Source: a virus
Taxonomy: Duplodnaviria > Caudoviricetes
Length of the DNA stretch: 31,952 nucleotides
Virus record (IMG/VR): IMGVR_UViG_3300024228_000015
Coordinates: 1-31,952 of that record
Reading direction: 5' to 3' (one strand)
Position numbers and translations under genes: made by a program. The notes beneath the pieces are model-generated. The model was not told the DNA's origin. It ran no database searches and saw only the letters and a list, made by a program, of their open reading frames with translations. Positions 1 to 8,822 of the stretch are shown one piece after another. Position 1 is the first letter of the stretch, and every line of letters starts with the position of its first letter.

Positions 1-2737
1 TTATTTTTTGGGTTAAAAAAGGTACATTCCCTCCATCATTTGGGTCGGCTATTCTTGCTTTTAATCTATCAATTGTTTGTTGAGTAGTTTCTTCTTTTTC
101 ATATTTAGATTCATTTACTCCATCAAACTTTCTTTGCTTTAAAGCTGCTTGTATAGCGAATACTGCATCTTGCTCTTTATATCCGTATCTCTTAGCCATA
201 GCTTTAATAAAGCGATCTACTGATTTAGATACTTCTGGGTTTAGACTTTCTTTTATGACTCCTTCATCGTAAGCATCTATCATATAAGCATCTCTCAATG
301 CCTCTATAACCTCTAATGCTGCTTCTTTAGTAGTTGTACCATCTTCATTAGCCATATCAGTAATTACTCTTACGATAATATCTAGATCTCCTCTTCCTTC
401 TTGAAGTGATTCATTATAGTCATCATCGCCAAAGTAAAATCCTAGATTTTCTAACTCTTCATTATCGTACTCTTGTGATAGTTTCTGTTGGAAATCAGAT
501 ATTCCTCCGATCCATTCCATTATTACTTCTACACATCCAGGATTGTCTTCTATAAATTCGTCAAAACCTTGTCTATATCCTAATGCTCCAAAAATTTCAT
601 CTAAATCTCTAGAAGCTGATTCTTGTATCATATCACCAGGTTCAGTATATTGTGATCCTGTCCCTGCTACCTTACTGTCTAAATGTTTTTCTAATTGTTT
701 CTTTTGACCGTTAAGTTTTTTAAGTACCTCTATAGCTGCTTTTTTTGCAGATGCGTCAGTTGCTGTTTTATATGCTTCTAAGTTAGTTTTTATTTGCTTC
801 TTTACTTGGTCTAATCCTTTAGATATTTTTGCAATTGATTCTTCGTTCACTCCTTCTTTATAGTAATCTGGATCTTCGTAGTAATCATCTCCTTCTTTTC
901 TACGTTTAGCGTAGTCGGTATCTTCACCGTCGGTATACGCATCGTACCTATCTTCATCACTCTGTGCTGCGTTCAGCATATCATTTAAATCGTAATCCTT
1001 TTCTAGATTAGGATTTTTTAAAGTTACTGCATTTGGTAAATCATCTCCTCTACCTATATGTAATTCAAAATCTTCTCCTTCTTTATACTTGCTTTGTAAA
1101 TGATCAACTACTTGTTGAATCATATCAAGATCATATCCAAAGGTAACTAATTCTCCATCTCCTTCATTTATTTTACCTACTGCTGTATCGTAATCTAAAG
1201 GTTTAATTCTACCTGCTGCTTTTTCAATGGCATTGTCAATTTTATTTAACATATCACCATATCTGTCAGCTACCGGTCCTCCGGTTGGTTCTATTTCTGG
1301 ATCATTTTCCATTTCTCTTTCTATATCTGCTCTTTTTGCTTTTAATTGCTTAATGAGAGCTCTTTTCTTACCGTTTATTCTAGTGTCTTTCCTATCTCTA
1401 GCGTGTATTTGATCTACTTTCTTAAGATCAGCATTTCTCTTTTTAGCGACTCTCATCTTCATTAGTACAGGGTCATTAAAGTCAGTAGCTTCGTCCATAT
1501 CTGCTGAATGGTCTGCTAATTCAATATCGTTTGCTCGTAAATCCATTACTACATCGTAAATAAATGCTTGTGGATCTTCATCTGGTTCTTGATAAAATTC
1601 TGAGTCTGGGTTTTCTGAGTCATCATACATGTCGTCAAAGCCATCTTCATGTTTAAATATAAAGTAGATAATTACATTACCTGCTCCATCGTTATCCACT
1701 ACTTCCATTTTAACGTAAGTTGGATCTACGTTCTGATCTAAGATAGCCATAGCTTTCTTATAGTCGTGTGCTTTTACTTTGATGTAATGATGATCATCTC
1801 CTGCTCCTTCGTCTAATGATTTATCAGCAATATAATTTTTAAAATCTTCAACATAATCATCTGATGTGAAATCCCTGTATTGTTCTTTACCATTTAGCTC
1901 AATATCTTTAGCTAATGATTTTACATACATTTCAACTTCATCTCCGGTTGCATTTGCGCCTGCTTTAAGAACAGGGTAAAGTGCTTTACCTTTTGTATCT
2001 TCGAACCCTTCTCCTAATGGACGACCTTCGTCGTCATACCCTACTCCATGATCTTCTTCATCGTCTTTTTGCATTTGGTCTGGGTCATAGTCTCCTTCGT
2101 TTAAGGATCTGAAGTGTTTCATAAATTCGTTTGTTAATACATCTACATTAACAATTGCTTCTCCGGAAGGTTTAACCCCTACTTCTATTAATTTTTTATC
2201 AAAAGAGAAATCTACAAGGTGTAGCTTATCATCAGTAATATAAAAAGAAAACTCGTCTTCTCCACTTTCACCTTTATATATAACGTGTATATCAAAACTC
2301 CCTTCTTCTAAACGATGTGCTTTAATTCTTGCTACTTCGTCTCCTGCTTTCTTAAGAGCTTTAATTAATGCTTTACCGACAGACTTAGCAATTGATTTTG
2401 TTTCATCTTTAGAGAAGTTTATTCCTTCATCTTCTTTAAGTTTTGCTCCCTTTGCTGTATCTATGCCTGTGATAGCAGGATCTTTTTTTAGATCCATTGC
2501 AGTTTTTCTATCCATTTTAACTGCTTTAGTGTCTCCACCTTTTGTTGAAACGAACATAGTTTCGTCTCCTTCTTCTAATATTTTCATTTTTGAGAGTATA
2601 TTTTCACGTACTATGTTTAACTGTTGTATAGAGTCTTCTACGTAGGTTGTGGTTAACGCTTTAGATTCTGCTGTCTGTAGTTGATGTAGTGTTGTTTCAA
2701 CAGAGGTTAAACGTGCTTTTAATTCTTCGTAAGTCAT
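1..2737 (-). CDS. Large acidic multi-module protein (>912 aa, runs off the left edge), putative internal head polyprotein
   Basis: Translated manually from the ATG at 2737 (MTYEELKARLTSVETT...) with no stop to the window edge. It is absent from the ORF track, presumably because no stop is in the window. Recurrent [ILVM]-x-E-[GSAE] motifs; TATTTATA motif 26 nt upstream. Confidence 0.85.
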   Translation of the reverse strand, partial: MTYEELKARLTSVETTLHQLQTAESKALTTTYVEDSIQQLNIVRENILSKMKILEEGDETMFVSTKGGDTKAVKMDRKTAMDLKKDPAITGIDTAKGAKLKEDEGINFSKDETKSIAKSVGKALIKALKKAGDEVARIKAHRLEEGSFDIHVIYKGESGEDEFSFYITDDKLHLVDFSFDKKLIEVGVKPSGEAIVNVDVLTNEFMKHFRSLNEGDYDPDQMQKDDEEDHGVGYDDEGRPLGEGFEDTKGKALYPVLKAGANATGDEVEMYVKSLAKDIELNGKEQYRDFTSDDYVEDFKNYIADKSLDEGAGDDHHYIKVKAHDYKKAMAILDQNVDPTYVKMEVVDNDGAGNVIIYFIFKHEDGFDDMYDDSENPDSEFYQEPDEDPQAFIYDVVMDLRANDIELADHSADMDEATDFNDPVLMKMRVAKKRNADLKKVDQIHARDRKDTRINGKKRALIKQLKAKRADIEREMENDPEIEPTGGPVADRYGDMLNKIDNAIEKAAGRIKPLDYDTAVGKINEGDGELVTFGYDLDMIQQVVDHLQSKYKEGEDFELHIGRGDDLPNAVTLKNPNLEKDYDLNDMLNAAQSDEDRYDAYTDGEDTDYAKRRKEGDDYYEDPDYYKEGVNEESIAKISKGLDQVKKQIKTNLEAYKTATDASAKKAAIEVLKKLNGQKKQLEKHLDSKVAGTGSQYTEPGDMIQESASRDLDEIFGALGYRQGFDEFIEDNPGCVEVIMEWIGGISDFQQKLSQEYDNEELENLGFYFGDDDYNESLQEGRGDLDIIVRVITDMANEDGTTTKEAALEVIEALRDAYMIDAYDEGVIKESLNPEVSKSVDRFIKAMAKRYGYKEQDAVFAIQAALKQRKFDGVNESKYEKEETTQQTIDRLKARIADPNDGGNVPFLTQKI

Positions 2738-2763
2738 ATTACTAGTTTTATGTTGTATAGCTA

Positions 2764-2771
2764 TATAAATA
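2764..2771 (-). promoter_or_regulatory. Putative late promoter motif TATTTATA
   Basis: Same octamer occurs in several short intergenic gaps upstream of minus-strand starts. Confidence 0.6.
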
Positions 2772-2777
2772 AATAGA

Positions 2778-3410
2778 TTACTCTTCCCAAATAACGTTTT
2801 TAAACTTCTCAGGCTCTAAACCAAAGAAATCCGTTCTCCATTGGGTTTGCTCAAAGAAATCTAAATTTATCCATTCATGTTTAACTTTCCAAAGATCTAT
2901 AGCTGTTTGATCCCAATCTAAGTTAAGAATAAATTTCTCAATTTCCAACTTTTTTTCAATTACTTCTTCGTATATAAATGAATCCCATTCGTAATGGAAT
3001 ACCTCAAAGCATTTAAGCTCTGAAACGTAGTCTATCGATATATCTATTCCCCATTTAGGTTTCATTTTAATGAGTTTCCATAACATGGGATTATATTCTG
3101 ACATTGCTTCTAATTGAACTTTTGCTGTTGAATCGAATCCTTTTCTTTCAAATATATCTGAGTGGTTGATATGAGCACCTTCTTTCTTATCCCAGAGTAA
3201 CCAGTCGTACCTTAAACAGTCTTCATGTCTTCTTGCTATTGGTTCATACCCATTATAAGAAAGGTATGCTTGTTCTGCTTTAGTTAAGTGGTACCCATTT
3301 TGGTCAAATAAGTCTACCGAGGTTTTATCTCTTAGTATACTTACATCCTCTATTGGATTTGTAAAGTATGCTTCTCTGTGAAGGGCGGTATTTGCTATTT
3401 TTATTGACAA
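2778..3410 (-). CDS. Hypothetical protein (210 aa)
   Basis: Long ORF co-oriented with neighbours, globular composition, no motif recognised. Confidence 0.75.
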   Translation of the reverse strand: MSIKIANTALHREAYFTNPIEDVSILRDKTSVDLFDQNGYHLTKAEQAYLSYNGYEPIARRHEDCLRYDWLLWDKKEGAHINHSDIFERKGFDSTAKVQLEAMSEYNPMLWKLIKMKPKWGIDISIDYVSELKCFEVFHYEWDSFIYEEVIEKKLEIEKFILNLDWDQTAIDLWKVKHEWINLDFFEQTQWRTDFFGLEPEKFKNVIWEE

Positions 3411-3601
3411 TGGTAGTTTAAATATCTTTGAAGTGCTTTCGCATAGTGAGTTCCTTTGTCTTTTAAACCTGATTTTGCTTTTCTAACTTTAGAACAAGAT
3501 AGGTTACCTAAACGTTTTTTAAGTATACCGGGTTTAACCGGATCATGAGGACCTTCTTCTAGTACCTCTTTAATTACCTTAGTTAGTTCAGATTTCTTCA
3601 T
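3401..3601 (-). CDS. Small basic protein with leader ending in VLEE, putative internal head protein
   Basis: [17 protein letters not shown] followed by a Lys-rich domain; overlaps both neighbours by 10-14 nt. Confidence 0.7.
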   Translation of the reverse strand: MKKSELTKVIKEVLEEGPHDPVKPGILKKRLGNLSCSKVRKAKSGLKDKGTHYAKALQRYLNYHCQ

Positions 3602-3788
3602 TTCTTTTGATCAGTTCTTTTTTTATTGCAGCTTTCTTTCTCTTGTACGATGGGTTAGTAAGGTACTTTTTTAGTTCTACCGTAGATGTATTAGTAACAG
3701 TATAATGTTCCCAGACCCATTGATTGGACATTTTACCGTTTTTATCCTTTTTATACTTCTTAGAACTTGGTTTAATTTTTACAGGCAT
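3588..3788 (-). CDS. Small basic hypothetical protein (66 aa, start reassigned to MPVKIKPSS)
   Basis: ATG at 3788 lies 1 nt after the upstream gene's stop (3790), removing the 77-nt overlap of the track's longer call. Confidence 0.6.
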   Translation of the reverse strand: MPVKIKPSSKKYKKDKNGKMSNQWVWEHYTVTNTSTVELKKYLTNPSYKRKKAAIKKELIKRNEEI

Positions 3789-3789
3789 T

Positions 3790-4374
3790 TTATTTTTTTT
3801 TCCATATTTCACCTCTTCTACAACGGACAACTGCCCCGGAGGCGTATGCTGATGGCCAGGTGTCATATTTACTTTTAGCTAATCTAGTACATCTATCATC
3901 TTTTTCCATGATAGTATTTTCATTAGTAGATTCGTACATAGTTCCTACTATTGCATTTTTAATATCTTCTTTGGTTACACCTTCTTTAGTCTTTTCTAAA
4001 GATGTACCTGCTTTTTTTGCATCTTTATATGCATTAGAGTTTTTATGGGAAGATTTTTTACCTGCTTTTTTCTTAGCATTTATATTAGCCCAAAGTCCTT
4101 CTTTCTTAACTGTTGCTTTCTTTGTATTTTTCACGACTGTCTTTCCTTTACTTCCTGCTTTCTTTTTCTTAGCTGCGGTAGCGGCTCTTTGGTTCTTAGT
4201 TAAACTTTGTGCCTTAGCTTTTGGTAAGCATCTATCAGGATTCTTTTTATTCTTTGATGTTCCACAATCACCAGCTATATTACCAGAAGAAGAGATGCGT
4301 ACCCACTTCTCTTTCTTAAACCAGTCTCTTAAAGACTCTTTTACTACTTCTTTTATATTAGATGGTACTTTCAT
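3790..4374 (-). CDS. Lys-rich modular protein, putative nucleic-acid-binding internal protein
   Basis: Three basic modules (LRDWFKKEKWV..CLP; GLWANINAKKK; RC..WPSAYASGAVVRC) separated by VVKES, VKKEG and MYES/IMEK. Confidence 0.7.
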   Translation of the reverse strand: MKVPSNIKEVVKESLRDWFKKEKWVRISSSGNIAGDCGTSKNKKNPDRCLPKAKAQSLTKNQRAATAAKKKKAGSKGKTVVKNTKKATVKKEGLWANINAKKKAGKKSSHKNSNAYKDAKKAGTSLEKTKEGVTKEDIKNAIVGTMYESTNENTIMEKDDRCTRLAKSKYDTWPSAYASGAVVRCRRGEIWKKK

Positions 4375-4377
4375 AAG

Positions 4378-4734
4378 CTACTTTAACTTTAAAAACTCTA
4401 CAAACACTTTCATTACTAATCCTGCTAGAATTCCAAATATAATCCAAAGAGCTTTAGATACGCTGTCTTTCCATCTCTTTAAATCTTCTAACTCAATCAT
4501 CTTAGAACTAAATTCTTTTTCTCCTATTTCCATTTTTCTACGGAACTGAGAGTTTTGATTAGTTTTAACTATAACTCCATCTTCTGGGTTGAGTAGTGTA
4601 AACTTTAAGTCTGATACATCTTCTTTTAATGCTTTCATGTCCGATTGCATGGATTTTAATTCTCCATTCGGCATGTGTTTTTTTATGTGTACTAATTCAG
4701 TTAGTACTGATTCTAGTAGTTGCTTTTGTGTCAT
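4378..4734 (-). CDS. Coiled-coil protein with one C-terminal transmembrane helix (holin-like architecture, function uncertain)
   Basis: Hydrophobic ALWIIFGILAGLVMKVFV at the C-terminus, heptad-like segments before it. Confidence 0.6.
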   Translation of the reverse strand: MTQKQLLESVLTELVHIKKHMPNGELKSMQSDMKALKEDVSDLKFTLLNPEDGVIVKTNQNSQFRRKMEIGEKEFSSKMIELEDLKRWKDSVSKALWIIFGILAGLVMKVFVEFLKLK

Positions 4735-4768
4735 GCTATTTTAGATATATAGTGCTTTTAAGTATATC

Positions 4769-4777
4769 TAATAAATA
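4769..4777 (-). promoter_or_regulatory. Variant late promoter motif TATTTATTA
   Basis: Intergenic, one mismatch to TATTTATA, 34 nt upstream of the ATG at 4734. Confidence 0.4.
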
Positions 4778-4781
4778 GAGG

Positions 4782-5354
4782 TTAATTTAGCTTCTTTTTC
4801 AAGTAGTCTATGTATTCGTTAACTTTTTCGGTAACTATAGCTTTTTCCTTTTGTTTACTGCTGTTCCAGTTTTCAATATCTCCCTGTTCGGTAACATAAT
4901 CATTCGTTTGCTCTAAAGTATCTTTTAATTGCGCTTCGATTTCATTTATGTAGTACTTCAAGTTTCCTTTTCTAGCATGCATTAAATAATCCTCTAACAT
5001 ACCTTTTTCTCTAAGTTCTGCTTGCCAATCTATCACGCAGTCAAAGCACATTTTATTTACCTTGTAAGCTTCTTTAGAAATATGTGATTTTATTGCTTTT
5101 CCACATTTTGGACAAGTGAGCGGAACTTGAATTGCTTGTTTAGCAGCGTCTAGTTTAGTAATATTTTGCTTTAAACCGTTCTTTATTGTCCAGTTTTTGC
5201 CTGATTCTTCCCAGATATCTCCTTCTTTATACTTCTTATAAACTTTTTTATATCCTGATTGAAGTTTGGTCTTACCGGTATAATCTTTTTTTATGATATT
5301 ACGCATTCTTTCTACATCTGAATGCTTAAATTCTTTTTTAAGATTACTACTCAT
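4782..5354 (-). CDS. Hypothetical protein with C4 zinc finger
   Basis: CPKC...CFDC pair; overlaps the upstream gene by 8 nt. Confidence 0.7.
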   Translation of the reverse strand: MSSNLKKEFKHSDVERMRNIIKKDYTGKTKLQSGYKKVYKKYKEGDIWEESGKNWTIKNGLKQNITKLDAAKQAIQVPLTCPKCGKAIKSHISKEAYKVNKMCFDCVIDWQAELREKGMLEDYLMHARKGNLKYYINEIEAQLKDTLEQTNDYVTEQGDIENWNSSKQKEKAIVTEKVNEYIDYLKKKLN

Positions 5355-5937
5355 ACCCTAATTCTTTTAGTCCGTTAATTGCTTCTGTTATATCTCCACC
5401 TTTTACTCTGAATGCTATTCCTCCTTTAGCTCTCCATTCTTCTATGTTAGATTTTTTATCATCAATAAGTATAGCGTAAGGGTTAGCGTAATTTTGTTTA
5501 CTGGCTGAGTATGCAAATATTACTTTTGGTTTTGGTGTAAGGTTATTTTTAGTCCATAGATTTTTACCTAATCTAGAAGTATTATCTCTAGATGGTGAGG
5601 TTAATAGTGATGGATTATATTTAGATATAAAACTCCACAGTTCCTTACCTCTTGGCATCCAGTCCATACCCACCCAGAATGCTACTCCTACTGTTTGATC
5701 TATAAATTTCCAAAATTCAGACATACCGAAAATTGCTTCAAAGTCTTTCGGCTTAACTACTTTCTTTATATCTTTTAGAGGGTAGTACTTAGGTCCTACT
5801 TCATTTAACTTTTCGTGAAACCTACTTTCAAAATCTGTTAACACTCCATCCATATCACAGTATATTTGATACTTAGAGGTTTTTTCTGCTACAGTTGGTG
5901 GATGTGCTTCTAATAAGTCTACTATACTTGTATTCAT
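5347..5937 (-). CDS. HAD-superfamily 5'(3')-deoxyribonucleotidase-like phosphatase
   Basis: Motif I IYCDMDGVLTDF, motif II LLTS, motif IV ILIDDK. Confidence 0.85.
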   Translation of the reverse strand: MNTSIVDLLEAHPPTVAEKTSKYQIYCDMDGVLTDFESRFHEKLNEVGPKYYPLKDIKKVVKPKDFEAIFGMSEFWKFIDQTVGVAFWVGMDWMPRGKELWSFISKYNPSLLTSPSRDNTSRLGKNLWTKNNLTPKPKVIFAYSASKQNYANPYAILIDDKKSNIEEWRAKGGIAFRVKGGDITEAINGLKELGYE

Positions 5938-5967
5938 AACCTTTTTTTAGTTTATACTATTATACCT

Positions 5968-5999
5968 TAATATACGAAATATTATGTTCCGAAACAACT
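5968..5999 (-). promoter_or_regulatory. Bacteroidota-type (host sigma) promoter AGTTG-N20-TATATTA
   Basis: One of three copies with identical 20-nt spacing; resembles the Bacteroidota -33 TTG / -7 TAnnTTTG layout. Confidence 0.7.
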
Positions 6000-6005
6000 T
6001 TTTTG

Positions 6006-7280
6006 TTAGTTATTTTTTAAACCGTCTTCCCAATTCCTAAATGTTATATTACCTAAAAGGTATGCTTCCTTTTCTAACTCTAATAAATCACTATCTTCGT
6101 TTGTATTTTGAGTCTGTATATTATGGAGAGTTCCTTTTAGATTTTGCATATGATGTACCATTTCATGTGAGTAGGACCTTACTATGTCTTTATCATGTCT
6201 ACCGGATATATAAAGTACTATCTCTTTATTATTCGGGTCATAATATGCTGTTCTTCCAAAAAAGTTTGAGGCATTTGCTTGATCTTTTTTAATAGTTACA
6301 TCTGGTAGAGGAGTTATCTCCATCCCCTGGTCTATCATGTATTCGGTTAGTGAAGCTATAAAGTCTTTTAATTCTAGTTTATTTTTTTTATTTTCGGCGA
6401 TTTGTTTAAATCCAACTCTTAAGTGATCTCCTTTATATTCTATCTCTGTATTGTTTGGTACTAATCTGGTTAAGTAGTTGTAAAGTGTGTTGATGTCTGT
6501 TTTTGTATTACTTTCTTTTAACGTGCTATTATTATGTCCACATTTATGGCATATAAATAAGTCATCCCCTCCATCTTTTATATCCCAACTCCATCCACAT
6601 TTATCGCATATAATCTTCTTATCTTTTATCTCTTCTGTAACAAAGTAGTTAGTCAAAAAACCTTCAATATTATTAGCTAATATTTCCGATACTATTTTGT
6701 CTTTTAAGTCTGTCAGTATGCCTAGCACTTCTTCTCTAGAAAGGTCTTCTGGAAAGAAATCTAAAACCTTATCTAAATTTCCAGACAATATTGTATTTCT
6801 AAAGTCTGTTGCTCTAATGCCTGAACCTGGTGCTGCTGCTAGAGCTAATCCACTTACATTTGGAGCGTTTTTAAATGTAGTTATTCTTCTTAAGTCTACA
6901 AAATCTTTATCTCCTCTAATACCTGTTACAGATACAAATTCTTGTTTAGGGTTTGCTTGTGCATAGTCTTTAGCTGCAAACATTGGATTTGATTCTCCAT
7001 CACGTATTTCAACATTCCCTAAGTATTTTGAATATACCTTCCATATTGACATGGACTCTTCTTTAGTTATCCCGTTTCTTTCTCCTGCTCCTACAAAGAC
7101 TATTACCTTATCAATTTTAGGTTTGCTATTACTTGTTCCTTTAAGTAAGTTTGCACCTGTCTCTTTGTAATTATCCTTGTCATATATCGAACCGTTATAT
7201 GAACCGTCTAGTAAAGATTTTACTACATTAAAATGTCCTCTATGAGGTGGTTTATATGCTCCTGGGTATAGTGCTATCAT
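6006..7280 (-). CDS. HIGH-motif nucleotidyltransferase-like domain fused to a zinc ribbon and a HEXXH metallopeptidase-like domain
   Basis: ALYPGAYKPPHRGH; CDKC...CHKC; HEMVHHMQ...EKEAY. Confidence 0.8.
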   Translation of the reverse strand: MIALYPGAYKPPHRGHFNVVKSLLDGSYNGSIYDKDNYKETGANLLKGTSNSKPKIDKVIVFVGAGERNGITKEESMSIWKVYSKYLGNVEIRDGESNPMFAAKDYAQANPKQEFVSVTGIRGDKDFVDLRRITTFKNAPNVSGLALAAAPGSGIRATDFRNTILSGNLDKVLDFFPEDLSREEVLGILTDLKDKIVSEILANNIEGFLTNYFVTEEIKDKKIICDKCGWSWDIKDGGDDLFICHKCGHNNSTLKESNTKTDINTLYNYLTRLVPNNTEIEYKGDHLRVGFKQIAENKKNKLELKDFIASLTEYMIDQGMEITPLPDVTIKKDQANASNFFGRTAYYDPNNKEIVLYISGRHDKDIVRSYSHEMVHHMQNLKGTLHNIQTQNTNEDSDLLELEKEAYLLGNITFRNWEDGLKNN

Positions 7281-8218
7281 GCTAAAAATGCTTGTACTTT
7301 AGAATCTATTTCTGATACTGAGGAGTGTTTCAGCTTTTCTTGAAATGTTGGATTGTATATCATATCTACGATATTATCTAATACTTCATCTGCCTTTTGT
7401 TTCCTTTTCTCACTACTATCTCTGTATTTCTTAACTGCATCTCTAAGTTTATCTTGTCCTGGACCAACTCCATTCTTTCTAAAGGATTTTAAGAATGCAC
7501 TTTTGATTGCTTTATCTTCTGATCTATTGTCTTTATTCCAATCTATACTTCCAACATCTTTTATAAACTGCTGCTCTTCCTCAGGTGTCATTTCTACTGG
7601 TACAAAGAATGAAGATCCTCCAACGTTATTATCTTCGTTAAATTTTTGTAAGTAATCTTTTACTCCACTTAAGCCGTTTTTAGCAGCTTTGTCAAATCCT
7701 TCAACTTCTTTTTTGTACTTTCCTCCTCTATCACTAACGAATATAGATAAATTACCTTTTAATTGTCCATTAAAATCTTCTATTTTAGCATACACATTTC
7801 TCCAGGTTGCAAAAACAGAGTCTCCAGGTATGTTTCTTTCTCTAGCCATAAAATTAGATACGTATGAGATCATAGGATGAGCATACACCATAACCATGTA
7901 GACTTCATACCCTAAAGCAAGTAGTTTATCTAAGTTTTTTTGGAAACCTGCACCAGAGGCAGTAGTATCCCAGACAAAGCTAGTTTTTTCTTCTGCTGCT
8001 GCCATTGCGTCCTTTGACGTTTGATTGGCTGCTGGTCCTAGTTTGTTGTAGTACGGGTGGTCTTTGTCCTCCACGTACTTGTCTGGGTTGAATTGTTCTA
8101 GGCTGTCTAACCCTAACTGGTTTAGAAGGTATGTTTTGCCTGATCCTGCTCCTCCCGCCATTATTACTGCTTTCGGTCGATCTGATCGTTCTAGTATTAA
8201 GTCTGATAGTTTGATCAT
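7277..8218 (-). CDS. P-loop kinase, zeta-toxin/AAA_33-like
   Basis: Walker A GGAGSGKT, NPD motif, FVWDTT Walker-B-like, RERNIP lid; leader MIKLSDLILE. Confidence 0.8.
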   Translation of the reverse strand: MIKLSDLILERSDRPKAVIMAGGAGSGKTYLLNQLGLDSLEQFNPDKYVEDKDHPYYNKLGPAANQTSKDAMAAAEEKTSFVWDTTASGAGFQKNLDKLLALGYEVYMVMVYAHPMISYVSNFMARERNIPGDSVFATWRNVYAKIEDFNGQLKGNLSIFVSDRGGKYKKEVEGFDKAAKNGLSGVKDYLQKFNEDNNVGGSSFFVPVEMTPEEEQQFIKDVGSIDWNKDNRSEDKAIKSAFLKSFRKNGVGPGQDKLRDAVKKYRDSSEKRKQKADEVLDNIVDMIYNPTFQEKLKHSSVSEIDSKVQAFLA

Positions 8219-8819
8219 TATTATTGTTATTAGTTGTTCTTCTTCTATTTACTACTGTTTGTGTTACTCTCCCTCTTCTTCCGTTAATGTAGGATGTACT
8301 TGTTCTTCTATTATAATTATTGCCATAAAATGTATTATGACCGGTATTCCAACCGTAATAGTTGTTCCAACCATAAGGATTACCCCATTGGTTAGAGGAC
8401 CAACGTCTATTATTCCAGCTATACGACCAACCCATTCCGTATCCATAGTTGTTATACCCCCATCGGTCATATCCAAATGGTGACCATCTATGAGGCGAAT
8501 GCCAATTGTATCCCCATACCCAATCGTTCCACATTTGACTTCTACTGTAATAAGGGTTATAGTAATTATACCTATTACCTAATATTCTATTGTTCCAATC
8601 AAACGATCTAGGCTGTCTTAAAGCATATTGTGCAAAATCAAATCTAAAGTTAAAATCTGTTCTGAGTAATCGTTGAAGTTCAAACTCATTATCTATTACT
8701 GTTATTTCTGCATCGGATCCTTCTATGCTGTAAATAGGATCATGATTTAGAGTACTTACTTGGAAAGTAGCACATCCTGATAATAATAATACTAGTAATA
8801 AAAGTAATGATCTGTTCAT
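7980..8819 (-). CDS. Predicted lipoprotein with W/G/N/Y-rich region and Arg/Ser/Asn-rich tail
   Basis: Signal peptide with lipobox LLSG-C; low-complexity aromatic middle; last 239 nt overlap the kinase gene in another frame. Confidence 0.75.
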   Translation of the reverse strand: MNRSLLLLLVLLLSGCATFQVSTLNHDPIYSIEGSDAEITVIDNEFELQRLLRTDFNFRFDFAQYALRQPRSFDWNNRILGNRYNYYNPYYSRSQMWNDWVWGYNWHSPHRWSPFGYDRWGYNNYGYGMGWSYSWNNRRWSSNQWGNPYGWNNYYGWNTGHNTFYGNNYNRRTSTSYINGRRGRVTQTVVNRRRTTNNNNNDQTIRLNTRTIRSTESSNNGGRSRIRQNIPSKPVRVRQPRTIQPRQVRGGQRPPVLQQTRTSSQSNVKGRNGSSRRKN

Positions 8820-8822
8820 ATA

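Noticed and set aside
3789-3866. N-terminal extension MTPGHQHTPPG... of the 92-aa ORF as a second overprinted region
   Set aside because: An in-frame ATG at 3788 right after the upstream stop is the simpler start.
8264-8476. 70-aa minus-strand ORF nested in the lipoprotein gene (possible Rz/Rz1-like spanin pair)
   Set aside because: The nested ORF has no lipobox or clear anchor, and the lipoprotein is the outer gene; it looks like a frame by-product of low-complexity sequence.
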